A DNA stretch of 64,000 nucleotides. Origin: a candidate division FCPU426 bacterium. Lineage in GTDB: Bacteria; Oederibacteriota; Muellerivitia; Muellerivitales; Muellerivitaceae. Shown one piece after another: positions 48,403 through 58,516 of the stretch. The notes beneath the pieces were generated by a model. It worked only from the letters and a program-made list of their open reading frames with translations, was not told where the DNA came from and did no database searches. The first letter of the stretch is position 1. Each line of letters opens with the position of its first letter. Where the stretch lies: positions 96,001 through 160,000 of the forward strand of contig CAWCKJ010000002.1 of assembly GCA_963796105.1 (NCBI GenBank), in the 5' to 3' direction. The position numbers and the translations under genes were made by a program.

Positions 48403-49921
48403 GCGCTGCCCCCAATAATTGTGATGTTTTTTTTATAATCAATGAAATTTCATCCCTACCCTCACGCGTCACCAAAGAAGTAAAGATGAGAGTCGCGATA
48501 GACCATAGGGCCAACAGGGAAATTGTCCATTTCCGGGATTCGCAGTTTAAGGGCGCCATGCTCATCAGAAAAGCCATAAAAGCCAAGGCTCCGACAACCG
48601 GCAAAATATCTTTTATCAACCAAGTCATATGTTGTTTCGGCAAAAAACGATGATGAACAATGGGTGTCCATCCCAGGAGGAAGAGAAGGTTAATCATCAT
48701 CCACATGAATGACGCCCCCGCCATGCCGTAATGGATTGCGGCCCAAATGATGCTTGGCACCAGAACAATGGGGAAAATAATGTTTCCTTTTATATGAAGA
48801 CGAAGGTCGCCATGCGCGAACTGGAGGTTGTATTGCAGTCTTGAGACGGCCAGGAAAAAATTTCCCAGAGCGTAGAATAAAAGGACTTTTGCAGCTTGGG
48901 AGGCAATGGACAGATCCCCCGTCCAGGCCCATAAGAGAGGTTGGGCGTACATCACCAATATGACGGCCGCGGAACCGGAAATAACGCAGTTGATCCTGGT
49001 CGTTTTCCGGTAAAGGGCGCATAAGTCATCCGGCTTTTTTTCCGCCACGAGGCGGGTAAGCCTGGGCAAAACCGCTTGGGTGATGGGGTTGATCAATATC
49101 ATGATCCCCCCTGCCGCCGTCACCGCGATGGCGTAACAGGCGTACTTGGAAAGGGGGAGTAACTTGGTCAGGACCAGCTTGTCGGTTTGTGTGACCATGG
49201 TCCAAACGAACGATAAAAACGCCACGCTCAGCGCGAACCGCCATATATTCTTGAGGGGGGCCAGGGTCCAGGGGCGTTTAAAACCTTCCGGCCAGGATGG
49301 AAGAAACCGATAGTTTAAGCTGGTCAAAAAAATAAGTTCCAACAACGCGACTAGGGCCTGGTAGGTGAAAAAGACTCGGGGGGTGGCTCCCAGCCAATTG
49401 AAAACCGGGATGATGCCCACGAACCGGATCGTCGCGATCGTGATATTGACGGTATTTAACCACACCTGACGCTCGAAACTGGTGATTACGCTCCGGAATA
49501 TGCCCGACGGCCACTTGAGGGCGAAAACGATGCCCATCAACGCGATTGCCAGGCTGACTTCGTCATAGGGAAGGTTCTCCACCTTGAGCCAATGCTTGGC
49601 GATGATTTCCGATGAGAACCCCACGGCTGTCACGATTACCAGGCCGATACCAGAAAACAACATTAACATCGCCCGTTCAAGGGAGCGCAGTTCGCCCGCG
49701 TCAATCGCTCCGCCCCGGAAACGCGCCACTTCGCGGCCCAAGGCCGGCGTGAAACCCATGTCAATCAAAGCCAGCCAAGTGGTCATAATCCCGAAAAACC
49801 CGACCAGTCCATAGGCTTCCTTGCCCATGAAACGCAAATAGACCGGCAGCATGATGATGCCGATAATAGTCACATAGAATTGTCCTATGTAGTTGGCGAT
49901 GACATTGTGTTTAATCGACAT
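48386..49921 (-). CDS. wzx: Polysaccharide flippase
   Basis: N.IANY.GQ, G.EAYGLVG, DMG, Q.DKL.L..LL.L; polytopic membrane protein. Confidence 0.88.
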   Translation of the reverse strand: MSIKHNVIANYIGQFYVTIIGIIMLPVYLRFMGKEAYGLVGFFGIMTTWLALIDMGFTPALGREVARFRGGAIDAGELRSLERAMLMLFSGIGLVIVTAVGFSSEIIAKHWLKVENLPYDEVSLAIALMGIVFALKWPSGIFRSVITSFERQVWLNTVNITIATIRFVGIIPVFNWLGATPRVFFTYQALVALLELIFLTSLNYRFLPSWPEGFKRPWTLAPLKNIWRFALSVAFLSFVWTMVTQTDKLVLTKLLPLSKYACYAIAVTAAGGIMILINPITQAVLPRLTRLVAEKKPDDLCALYRKTTRINCVISGSAAVILVMYAQPLLWAWTGDLSIASQAAKVLLFYALGNFFLAVSRLQYNLQFAHGDLRLHIKGNIIFPIVLVPSIIWAAIHYGMAGASFMWMMINLLFLLGWTPIVHHRFLPKQHMTWLIKDILPVVGALAFMAFLMSMAPLNCESRKWTISLLALWSIATLIFTSLVTREGRDEISLIIKKTSQLLGAARAEGE

Positions 49922-49988
49922 GTATTCTTTCCGTCGAAAATGTTATTTGAGGTTTAAGCTTTAATTGGCGGCACAATGGGAACGTCTG

Positions 49989-51284
49989 TTAATCAACCCT
50001 GTTGATCAGGGCCTCGATCATACCGCAATCGAAAGTTGGTATGGAACATTTAGCGCTCACTTCAAGTCTTTCCGAGAAACTATCGTCCACGAAAATTGAG
50101 TTTTTATCTTTGACATAATTCGATTTTTTCGCGGTTTCGGGCAAAACATTCACCGTGTCGAAAAGCTCCGAGATGCGGTGTTGTTTAAGGGTTTGGCGGA
50201 TATCCCCCCGATGCCTTGTTAATAGATGGACTTTTTTTCCTGCTTCCACGCACATATGAATCAACAGCATGGCTTGTGAATTTAATTGCCCATGTAGGAT
50301 GAGGGTGTCGTCCAAATCGATATAAAGGGAAGAGTATTCGATGCTCATTTTATAGCGGACGCTATTGAGCGCCCGATCCATCTCAATGGATCCATTGTTG
50401 GTTAAAATGGAAATTGGCTGGCGTTCCTCCTCGAATAGGCTGAGTAAGGGGAAATTCACGCCCATGGCCCGATGAACCGCCATAGCTCCCGCTATCCGCG
50501 GGGCGACCTCCAAGAGCACAAGCTTTCCATCCGCCGCGCGCTTAAGCTGGAAAAACCAGGCGCCTCTCATCCTCAAAGTTTTTCCTATGATTTCGGCGAA
50601 TTCATTGGCACCCGGAAGGTCAATGGTGCGGGTATTGACGGAAATGCCGTTTCTGATTCGGCCGCGAGTCCGAGCGCCATAAAACAAAAGCCCTTGGTCG
50701 CGGTCGGAAAAACAATCGACGGTGAACTCATCCCCGGGTAGGTACTCGCAAATGATGGGATCATTCAATAATTTCATGTTGTAGGCAAGCTCATATTCAT
50801 TCGATACGCGAACAACCCCTTGTGAGCCCTGGCCGCTATCCGGTTTCACGAAAACAGGGTAAGAGGATACATCCGATGGGCTTGAAAACAATTTTGGAAC
50901 TTTGAGCAGGTTGGAAAGCTTATCGTAGGTTTTGGATTTTGAGCGGCATATGACACAGGCGGGGGTCGGGGAAGTAATGACGCGGGCAGGAATATTATCC
51001 TGGTTCAACGCCAAGGCGACTATAGCGTCATCATGGCCTGGAAAGATGTAATCAATGTGAAGCTGTCCGCATAAGGCGGATAATTGCCCCAGCCATCCTT
51101 CCTCATGGACACTTTTTAAAAGGTGGTATTTCTTGTATATAAAGCGCGCGTGGTTGGAGACATCCTGGCCCGCGCCGAACAGGTTTACTTCCTTGCACAT
51201 CGATAAGGAACGGTGAATCTCAAGGCCTATCTCACTGCCAGCCGGGAATAATAAGACATTCCTTTTTTTTATGGCTATTCCCAT
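49989..51284 (-). CDS. CarB-like ATP-grasp protein with C-terminal HAD-like domain
   Basis: KPDSGQGSQG, EYLPGDEFTVD, LLEVAPR; DLDDTL and FVDD motifs. Confidence 0.8.
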   Translation of the reverse strand: MGIAIKKRNVLLFPAGSEIGLEIHRSLSMCKEVNLFGAGQDVSNHARFIYKKYHLLKSVHEEGWLGQLSALCGQLHIDYIFPGHDDAIVALALNQDNIPARVITSPTPACVICRSKSKTYDKLSNLLKVPKLFSSPSDVSSYPVFVKPDSGQGSQGVVRVSNEYELAYNMKLLNDPIICEYLPGDEFTVDCFSDRDQGLLFYGARTRGRIRNGISVNTRTIDLPGANEFAEIIGKTLRMRGAWFFQLKRAADGKLVLLEVAPRIAGAMAVHRAMGVNFPLLSLFEEERQPISILTNNGSIEMDRALNSVRYKMSIEYSSLYIDLDDTLILHGQLNSQAMLLIHMCVEAGKKVHLLTRHRGDIRQTLKQHRISELFDTVNVLPETAKKSNYVKDKNSIFVDDSFSERLEVSAKCSIPTFDCGMIEALINRVD

Positions 51285-52453
51285 TAATGACCGCTGTTGG
51301 AAATGATTTTTACGACAAGGTCCACTTCTTTTACCGTCATCGAGTCATAGATCGGCAGGCAAATGACTTGCTCGGCGATCCTATTCGCGCTTAGGAGATT
51401 ATTGCGCGCAGAGGATTGCAACGCGCGGTACATTTGCATATTGCTGATGAGGGGGTAGAAATACCGGCGGGCATAGATATTGTTTTGTTTTAAATGCGCG
51501 TACAAGGCATCCCTTTTCATGGGATAATTTTCCTCAATTAAGACCGGGAAATAAGCGCCGTTGATGGATATGTTTTTTTGCGGTTCCAATAAACGGATAC
51601 CTGGAATGGCTTTTAACCTGGCGCGATATTGGGCATCCAAAGCCCTTCGCTTTTCCAGGACCTCTTCCATATGCTTCAACTGCATCAGGCCGAAAGCCGC
51701 CTGGACCTCGCACATTTTCCCATTGATTCCCACCTCCGCGATACTGAGCTCATCGACAAAGCCGAAGTTTTTCAAATGATCGATATAACGCTTGGTTTCT
51801 GCGTTCGGGCTGATGATGGCCCCGCCTTCGAATGTGGTGAATACCTTGGTGGCGTGAAAGCTGAGAACGGAAAGGTCGCCGTGACGCAGGACACTGCCGC
51901 CGGTATCCCGGATGCTAAAAGCATGGGCGGCGTCATAGATTAATTTCAAACGGTGTTTTTTGGCGATTTCCGCGAAACGGTCCACATTGCATAATCTTCC
52001 ATAACAATGTACCGGCAGGATGGCCCTGGTTTGGGGGGTGATGGCCGACTCGACCTTTTTCGGGTCAAGATTCATGGTCTCAGGATCGATATCCGCGAAA
52101 ACAGGCGTAAGGTTGTTCCATTTGATCGCGTGCGCCGTGGCGACGAAAGAGAAAGGCGTCGTAATGACCTCGCCTGTAACGCCAAGCGCCTGCAAGGCGG
52201 TTACCAACGCGATGGTGCCATTCGCGAAAAGGGAAATATGCTCAACGCCTAAATAGGATGATAAATCCTTCTCTAGACGTTGGTGGAAAGGCCCATTGTT
52301 GGTAAGCCACTGGGTGTCCCAAATCTCACGAAGATAGGGAATGAATTCTTCCAAAGGAGGCAAATATGGTCGTGTCACAGGAATGATATTTTTATCCAAT
52401 TCGGGAATTCCATAAATTGAAGGTTGAATAGAATTTTTGTAATTTTGATCCAT
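51284..52453 (-). CDS. DegT/DnrJ sugar aminotransferase (VioA-like)
   Basis: WLTNNGP, NGTIAL, YDAAHAF, SFHATKVF.T.EGG, RRYFYP. Confidence 0.92.
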   Translation of the reverse strand: MDQNYKNSIQPSIYGIPELDKNIIPVTRPYLPPLEEFIPYLREIWDTQWLTNNGPFHQRLEKDLSSYLGVEHISLFANGTIALVTALQALGVTGEVITTPFSFVATAHAIKWNNLTPVFADIDPETMNLDPKKVESAITPQTRAILPVHCYGRLCNVDRFAEIAKKHRLKLIYDAAHAFSIRDTGGSVLRHGDLSVLSFHATKVFTTFEGGAIISPNAETKRYIDHLKNFGFVDELSIAEVGINGKMCEVQAAFGLMQLKHMEEVLEKRRALDAQYRARLKAIPGIRLLEPQKNISINGAYFPVLIEENYPMKRDALYAHLKQNNIYARRYFYPLISNMQMYRALQSSARNNLLSANRIAEQVICLPIYDSMTVKEVDLVVKIISNSGH

Positions 52454-52493
52454 GAAATGAATAACCTCGGTTTTATTTTGATGGTAATTAGTT

Positions 52494-53222
52494 TTATTTG
52501 GGTTTTTTACATTCTAACGCCAATGCTTTACCAAATCTTTCCGCTCTTTCTACTTCCTTAAAATGCTTATCGGGGCAATCATTGAATTTGCACTTCCTAA
52601 TTTGAATAAAACCGGCCTTATCTAATGCGTCACGTAAGCTATAATAATCCCACATCCATTTGTGGCGTGAACCCCGTATTGCTTCGTAAATAATTCCCCG
52701 AATTCCAACCGCCTCTTGCTCGATTCCTAAACCGGACGATTTAATAAAATTCATGGAGGCATTCTTATTATGCCTGGAATATTGATGTTGGTACTCTTTC
52801 ACGATATGAAATAAATCCGGCACTACCAATCGGAATATTCCTTCGGGTTTTAAATATGCATAAGTGTTATTTAGTGCTTTTCTGAAATTTTCAAGAGAAA
52901 GATGCTCCAACACGTGACTACAATAAATACCATCGCATGTATCTTTGCTGATGGGTAATCCGGTAACAATATTTCCGTATTTGATATGTTTGGGAAATCG
53001 TATTTTATTTTTTGTATAAAGATTCCCGATTAATGGCAGTCTTTCAAAACGCAGTGTCGGGGACGAGTCGAAATTGAGCCACGTTTCCGGCGCGTCGAAA
53101 CCACAACCATATTGAACGTATTTTGAAATTTTATTATTCAAACAATCCCACTCATTACATTTATTTAAGTAAGGGGTAAGTGTTACATTGAAACATTTAA
53201 AATATTTTTCACGGATTGCCAC
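52494..53222 (-). CDS. Class I SAM methyltransferase (type 11-like)
   Basis: QYGCG, W.N.D, SHVLEHL, LKP.G.FRLVVPD, H.WMWD. Confidence 0.85.
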   Translation of the reverse strand: MAIREKYFKCFNVTLTPYLNKCNEWDCLNNKISKYVQYGCGFDAPETWLNFDSSPTLRFERLPLIGNLYTKNKIRFPKHIKYGNIVTGLPISKDTCDGIYCSHVLEHLSLENFRKALNNTYAYLKPEGIFRLVVPDLFHIVKEYQHQYSRHNKNASMNFIKSSGLGIEQEAVGIRGIIYEAIRGSRHKWMWDYYSLRDALDKAGFIQIRKCKFNDCPDKHFKEVERAERFGKALALECKKPK

Positions 53223-54040
53223 CAGTCAATTTGGGCATCAAAAGGTTGTCCTTTTTTAACCGCGTCCCAAATAATGACTCCATCCGCGTATTCCTTCACG
53301 GTTTGCAATTCCATCTCCCAATAGGTCTTTGGTACATACGTATGAGACAACTTTTTAACTAATTCATGGTACCGAGGCCATATATATGGATAAACGGGTT
53401 TGCCGTATTTAGCGGATTCCTTAAGTCTCGTTATAGATGATTTTTTCCATTTTTCGGAATCGGTGGTGATGGAATAGAGGCTTGGAAAAATGACATCCAC
53501 CATTTGAGCGACGGGGTCCATCCGTTTATTCTCGACTTCCCAATCTTTATAAGATTGGGAAGTCGGGTCTTTTAAAGAATGGGGGAAGTCGAGAGTGGGA
53601 GGAAATCCATAGATACCCAATTTTACATTGGGCGCTTCATCCTTGATCCAGCCGAGGACCTTCTTGAATTTATTCACCGTCCCTAAAACCTTTTCATCAC
53701 TTCCGGTAATGGGCCACCGCTCAATATCCAGGCAGACGAGATCAATATTTTTGATTTTCCAAGTTTTAGCCAAGGCCCGAATACGGTTCTCGTCTTTTAT
53801 GGAAAGATCGTCTTGGGACGAAACGCCGTTTATTGATTTCTGTTTTGGGCTCAAAAGGGAGCTTTCATAAGCAACCACTAATCTTTTGATTTTAGGGTTA
53901 ATGAAGGAAGGACCATTCTGATACCCCGCTGTCCCGTCGAATATTTTGAAATCCGCGCCCGCGGCTGAGCTGGAGACGGGAAATAGTCCCATGAAAATAA
54001 ACAACAAGGTTATTTTTAGGAAAGTTTTTAACTGGTTCAT
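53183..54040 (-). CDS. Secreted hyaluronidase(GH56)-like glycoside hydrolase
   Basis: Signal peptide; LDIERW, GIYGFP, VIFPSLY, PVYPYIW and DGVIIW resemble GH56 motifs. Confidence 0.6.
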   Translation of the reverse strand: MNQLKTFLKITLLFIFMGLFPVSSSAAGADFKIFDGTAGYQNGPSFINPKIKRLVVAYESSLLSPKQKSINGVSSQDDLSIKDENRIRALAKTWKIKNIDLVCLDIERWPITGSDEKVLGTVNKFKKVLGWIKDEAPNVKLGIYGFPPTLDFPHSLKDPTSQSYKDWEVENKRMDPVAQMVDVIFPSLYSITTDSEKWKKSSITRLKESAKYGKPVYPYIWPRYHELVKKLSHTYVPKTYWEMELQTVKEYADGVIIWDAVKKGQPFDAQIDWWQSVKNILNVSM

Positions 54041-54328
54041 TTAATGACCCCTTTTCAATTTTTCTTAGAAATTTTAAATTCTAAAAGGTGTTAAGCAAGA
54101 CCAAGCCCTTTGCCACGGATTCAGGGGATGCACTTGGATAGAATCTAGAAAACAGGCTTTAAGCTTATATTTTTTAAATCCCATGTATCCCATGCATCTG
54201 TGGCTAAATTTTATTTTGGACAGATGTGAATCCTTTTCAATTTTTCCAGGAATCATATTTAGGAATTGATCTCGATAGTTACAATGAAATGCGGAGGGAA
54301 TCAACAATTTCCTCAATGCTGGAAATGC

Positions 54329-56095
54329 TCAGGCTTTTTTCCCTTTGCTTTTTCCGTTTCCGTTATGGTTCTCCTGCCCGTAAACCTTTTTTCCGTAGCC
54401 ATAGCCGTAACCATAACCATAGCCGTAGCCATAACCATAGCCATAACCCAGCCCATAGAGGCCCCGGCTGGCTTCGGCCCCGTTCAGGACGGTGCCCAGG
54501 CACTGGGCCTTGATTCCGATCAGGTGCTCATGGGCATTCCGGAGAACTGAGCGCCGGGTGGAACCCCAGCGGGCCAAAAGAATCACGCCATCCAGCTGGG
54601 TAGAAAGAACTACCGAATCCGTGACAGGCAGAAGGGGAGCGCCGTCAAAGATAACGTAATCAAATTCCTTGCGCATGGCCACGATGCATTGTTTCAAGGA
54701 ATCCGAGCCCATGAGTTCAGCGGGATTGGGGGGAACCGTCGCGTTGGGTAAAAGCCATAAGTTTTTGTAGCCTGACTCAACGGTCATTTCATTTAGCTTA
54801 CCCTTGCCCGCCAATAGGAAAGGCAAACCGCCATTTTCCGGCACGGAAACCCCGAACATCACGTTGATAGTGGGTTTTCTCAAGTCCGCGTCCACCAAAA
54901 GAACCTTGTAACCGGCGTCCGACAAGGTCAAGGCCAAATCCGAGTTTACTAGGGTCTTGCCTTCCTCGGGACCGGGTGAGAGAACAGCCAGGACCCTCGG
55001 GTTCTTATCCACGAGCGCGAAAGTCAGGTTCGTTCGTAGGACCTTGAAGCTTTCCCGGTAAAAGGAAAACTCGAATTGGGGGTCCACGATCAAATGCTTG
55101 GGTGAGAAGCGTTCGGCAATCGGGAAAAGCTGTTTTTTGCCCTCTTTCCGGAAGTTTGGCACCACCGACAGGCTCGGAAGACCCGTGGCGTGTTTCATTT
55201 CCTCGCTGGATTTCACCCGGTCCTGGATCTTGTCCAGGATGAAGGCGAATTGGATACCGAAGAACAAACCCAAAAACAATCCGGCCGCGAGGCACAAGAA
55301 TTTATTGGGCCAAATAGGTCCTTCCGGTACGAAGGCCTTGTCCAGCACCACGATGCCGGGATCTTCAGCCTTGGCCTCGATCTGGGTTTCCTGGTCTTTT
55401 TCCAACAGGACACTATAGATGAGCTCATCGGCTTGGGACTCGCTGGAGGGGTTGAGGTAGTATTTCTTGACCTGTTTATCCTGTTCCATCTTGTCTTTCA
55501 TTTCCTGAAGCTGGTTGTGGATGAACTCATACCGAGTGAGTGCGCTTTCACGGGCGATCTGTGTGTTTTCCATGATGAAACCCTGTGCCCAGGTGTTGGC
55601 GATGTCCGCGGCCAAATGCGGGTCCTTGGTCTTGGCCCTGATTGTGATAATGTTTGATTCCTTGGGGTTTTCAACCTTGATGATACCCTTGAGTTTGTTA
55701 ATGATTCCTTGGTCGGAGAAATTCTCCGGGGGACGGCCCTGTGTGAAAGCGGGCCTGGACCTAAGATCCAAAGCTTTGAGCGTGTAGGCGGCCACGGTAT
55801 TGGACTGGGCGATTTCAAGGTAAGTTTCGATGGGGTCACCGGCTGTGGGCATGAAGGCTAGGGCGCGGATGGCGTTTTCAGTGGCTTGGGAGGATTCCGG
55901 TACCTTGACGGTCGTGATGGCCTCGTAGGTGGGGGGCCAGAAATAAGCGTAAAGACCGAAAACCGCGAGAAAGAATAAAGTGAATCCTAAAATGAGCCAC
56001 AGGTGTTGAAAAATAATACGGAAGGCATCCCCGATGGAGAATGACTCGTCCTGTTGCGGCTGATATAGGGGTAAGTTGTTTTCCATGGAGCTCAC
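54329..56095 (-). CDS. wzc: Polysaccharide co-polymerase / BY-kinase
   Basis: Two TM helices, ESFKVLRTN, EEGKT, DADLRKP, PPNPAEL, C-terminal (GY)9 tyrosine cluster. Confidence 0.93.
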   Translation of the reverse strand: MSSMENNLPLYQPQQDESFSIGDAFRIIFQHLWLILGFTLFFLAVFGLYAYFWPPTYEAITTVKVPESSQATENAIRALAFMPTAGDPIETYLEIAQSNTVAAYTLKALDLRSRPAFTQGRPPENFSDQGIINKLKGIIKVENPKESNIITIRAKTKDPHLAADIANTWAQGFIMENTQIARESALTRYEFIHNQLQEMKDKMEQDKQVKKYYLNPSSESQADELIYSVLLEKDQETQIEAKAEDPGIVVLDKAFVPEGPIWPNKFLCLAAGLFLGLFFGIQFAFILDKIQDRVKSSEEMKHATGLPSLSVVPNFRKEGKKQLFPIAERFSPKHLIVDPQFEFSFYRESFKVLRTNLTFALVDKNPRVLAVLSPGPEEGKTLVNSDLALTLSDAGYKVLLVDADLRKPTINVMFGVSVPENGGLPFLLAGKGKLNEMTVESGYKNLWLLPNATVPPNPAELMGSDSLKQCIVAMRKEFDYVIFDGAPLLPVTDSVVLSTQLDGVILLARWGSTRRSVLRNAHEHLIGIKAQCLGTVLNGAEASRGLYGLGYGYGYGYGYGYGYGYGYGKKVYGQENHNGNGKSKGKKA

Positions 56096-57195
56096 TTTTT
56101 TGAGAGGGCGTTGGCGGCGATGGTTGCCGTATAGAGGACAGTCACCACTATGGCTAGTTCACCCAGGGTGGGCCAGGGATTTTTGGGGACATAAATAATA
56201 TCCCCCGGGTAAACCAAAGGCCCATCCTGGTGATAATTCTTGTCGTTCAAAAGACGGCCCAAGTCGGCTTTGATTTTCTTGCTTCCGTGAGTAATGAGCA
56301 CTCCTCCTAAGTCGGCGTCGGGCATGGGGCCGTTAGCCAGGGCCACCATGTTCACCAGGTTTGGCTGTCCCCGGATCATGTATTGTCCCGGCCTGACGAC
56401 GTCCCCCAGAACTGAGATGTTATAGGTATTAGTCTGCGTGATAAGCACTGTGACTTGCGGGAATTTCATGTAGGGCCTGAGTTTTTTCATGAGAAAGGTC
56501 CCTGCCTTGTTGGGAGCTAGACCCGAGAGCTTGACCATGCCCACAAAGGGGAAAAGGATGCATCCATCGGTATCCACCATATAGTCCGTGGGAAGCGCGG
56601 AATTCTGGTTGGAGGCCTGGCCTGAACCTCCGCCGCTTGGGGAAAGGCCCGCCCCTGAGATCTGGTGCTCATAACCCACCACGTTGATGGTGAGAAGGTC
56701 CCCTGGGCCGATCAGGAGGGGAGGGTATTTGGCGGCTTCTTCCTTAGGCATGGCGCCAATTTTATGTTTGGAAATTGGCACACCCAAGGCTCGCTTCTCG
56801 GCTTGAGACCTCGAAGCAGGGGATTTTTTCACTACAGTTTTCTTAACTTTTTTCTTGTCTTTATGGGTCTTGATAGCGGATTCGACACGTTTTGTTTGCT
56901 CACCGTTCGCTGGGGTAGGGGTACCAATTTCTTTTTTGGAAATTGGCACACCCAAAGCTTGCCCCTCAACTTGAGATTTCGGGGCAGGGGTCTGCGCGAA
57001 AGCGGAAGGGGATATCATTAATAAGGAAAGGACGAGAGCGGTCGAGCGCTTGAAAAAAGAGAAATGAAAAATGGACAATGAACAATAAACAATAAAAGCA
57101 AAGGCGGAAAAGGTATTTCCCTTTAATTTAAAATTTTGAGTTTTAAATTTTGAATTGTCTTTAAGATGTAGGCGTCGAGAGGCGTTTAGTTTCAT
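56092..57195 (-). CDS. wza: Polysaccharide export protein (Poly_export + SLBB)
   Basis: IGPGDLL.I.V, DG.I.FPFVG, VLGDV.RPG.Y, PGDIIYVP; start uncertain. Confidence 0.82.
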   Translation of the reverse strand: MKLNASRRLHLKDNSKFKTQNFKLKGNTFSAFAFIVYCSLSIFHFSFFKRSTALVLSLLMISPSAFAQTPAPKSQVEGQALGVPISKKEIGTPTPANGEQTKRVESAIKTHKDKKKVKKTVVKKSPASRSQAEKRALGVPISKHKIGAMPKEEAAKYPPLLIGPGDLLTINVVGYEHQISGAGLSPSGGGSGQASNQNSALPTDYMVDTDGCILFPFVGMVKLSGLAPNKAGTFLMKKLRPYMKFPQVTVLITQTNTYNISVLGDVVRPGQYMIRGQPNLVNMVALANGPMPDADLGGVLITHGSKKIKADLGRLLNDKNYHQDGPLVYPGDIIYVPKNPWPTLGELAIVVTVLYTATIAANALSKK

Positions 57196-57338
57196 CTTTA
57201 TTCCTATATATTCAATTTAACAACTACATTTAACCAGCAGACTCAGAGACTCAGCCGCGTGAACCGAAGGAATCATTGCTTCGATTCGCTATGTTTACTC
57301 ACCATCCGTCCCACAATTTACACTTTTGCTGTTTGCCA

Positions 57339-57875
57339 TTAACAAACACGATAGGCTGCCTTTGGCTCTTCAAGAAAACCAATCCGATGTTTGGGTTTCT
57401 CCGGTGTTTTCATCAGCTCTCGAATAGCGTTAAATACACCCTGGATTTGGGAATCGTGGACCCCCACTTTCTTTTCCAAATCATCAAGTTTTCGGGCCAG
57501 GTCTTTATGTGTGGACAAAACCTGGCGAAGGCGTACAAAGGCACGCATAATCTCAATATTCACTCGTACGGCCTTCTTGCTCCTTAAAACACTGGAAAGC
57601 ATAGCCACACCTTGCTCCGTGAAAACCCTAGGTAATTTGCGAGTGCCACCCCAACTTGATGTTCCATTCTGGAACATCAAGTTTTCGAACTCGATTTTAT
57701 TAATGAAAAACGAGAAATCATCGGGAAACCGATCCTTGTTCCTGGTAACAGCTTTGTTTAAATTCCGCGTTTCAACGCCATACAATTGAGCCAAATCACT
57801 ATCCAGCATGACCTTTCGTCCCCGGATCAAATGAATTTTTTTCTCGATACCGGAAACCGGGATTAATTCGGCCAT
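57339..57875 (-). CDS. ORF6N-domain DNA-binding protein (paralogue of 15629-16219)
   Basis: IRGRKVMLDSDLAQLYGV, RFPDDF, FTEQGVAMLSSVLRS, IMRAFV, IGF. Confidence 0.92.
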   Translation of the reverse strand: MAELIPVSGIEKKIHLIRGRKVMLDSDLAQLYGVETRNLNKAVTRNKDRFPDDFSFFINKIEFENLMFQNGTSSWGGTRKLPRVFTEQGVAMLSSVLRSKKAVRVNIEIMRAFVRLRQVLSTHKDLARKLDDLEKKVGVHDSQIQGVFNAIRELMKTPEKPKHRIGFLEEPKAAYRVC

Positions 57876-57910
57876 AAGCGGTCCTTTTTCAAGAACACTT
57901 CACACACAAA

Positions 57911-57936
57911 GGGGTCAGGCTTACATTTTACACTTT
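57911..57936 (+). repeat. Solo GGGGTCAG terminal repeat matching 63088-63113
   Basis: ggggtcaggcttacattttacacttt, one mismatch; same ACAAA flank. Confidence 0.85.
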
Positions 57937-58045
57937 AGGCTAAAACCCTTCTCACCACAGGTTCCTGCGGAACCACAGAGTACACGGTAAAGCGTCCTCT
58001 TGGGTACGGCTAAAAACATCAAAACAACAACTTCATCTCACCACA

Positions 58046-58268
58046 TGCCAGCCCTCCATAAAACTAATAGGGGGCTGGTATCGTACCAATCTCCACATAT
58101 GCTTAAAGGAAGATTGGCACAGGGACTCATGCCGAACCACCGTAAGGCTTTAAAGGAAAGTTCGGTACAGATTTACTATAAATCTGCCCCGGCAATCCTC
58201 TCACTCGGCTGGTAGCCTCATGCGGCCTGTATAGCACCGATTTCATTAACTGATTTATGGAAAATCGG
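58046..58268 (-). repeat. Two element A units, one carrying an empty element B (58168-58229)
   Basis: Inverted paralogue of 20059-20217, where B is absent. Confidence 0.88.
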
Positions 58269-58442
58269 CGCAGAGACTCAGCTAAAACAACCATCTTTTA
58301 CCACAGGTTTCTTCGAAACCACAGAGTACACGGTAAAGCGTCCTCTTGGGTACGGCTAAAACATCAAAACAACTACGTCATCTCACCACAGTTGTGCTTC
58401 GCACAGCACAGAGACTCAGCTACTACTTTTGCCACGGATGTA

Positions 58443-58516
58443 ACGATCAACCATAAAAACATATAGAGAGATCGGCACTATACCAGCCCCCGTATCAGCC
58501 TTATGGAAGGCTGGCA
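58443..58516 (+). repeat. Element A unit
   Basis: cgatcaaccata...agatcggcactataccagcc...ggaaggctggca. Confidence 0.8.

Noticed and set aside
54394..54450. Hexamer repeat as a phase-variable microsatellite
   Set aside because: It encodes the normal Wzc (GY)n tyrosine cluster with mixed codons
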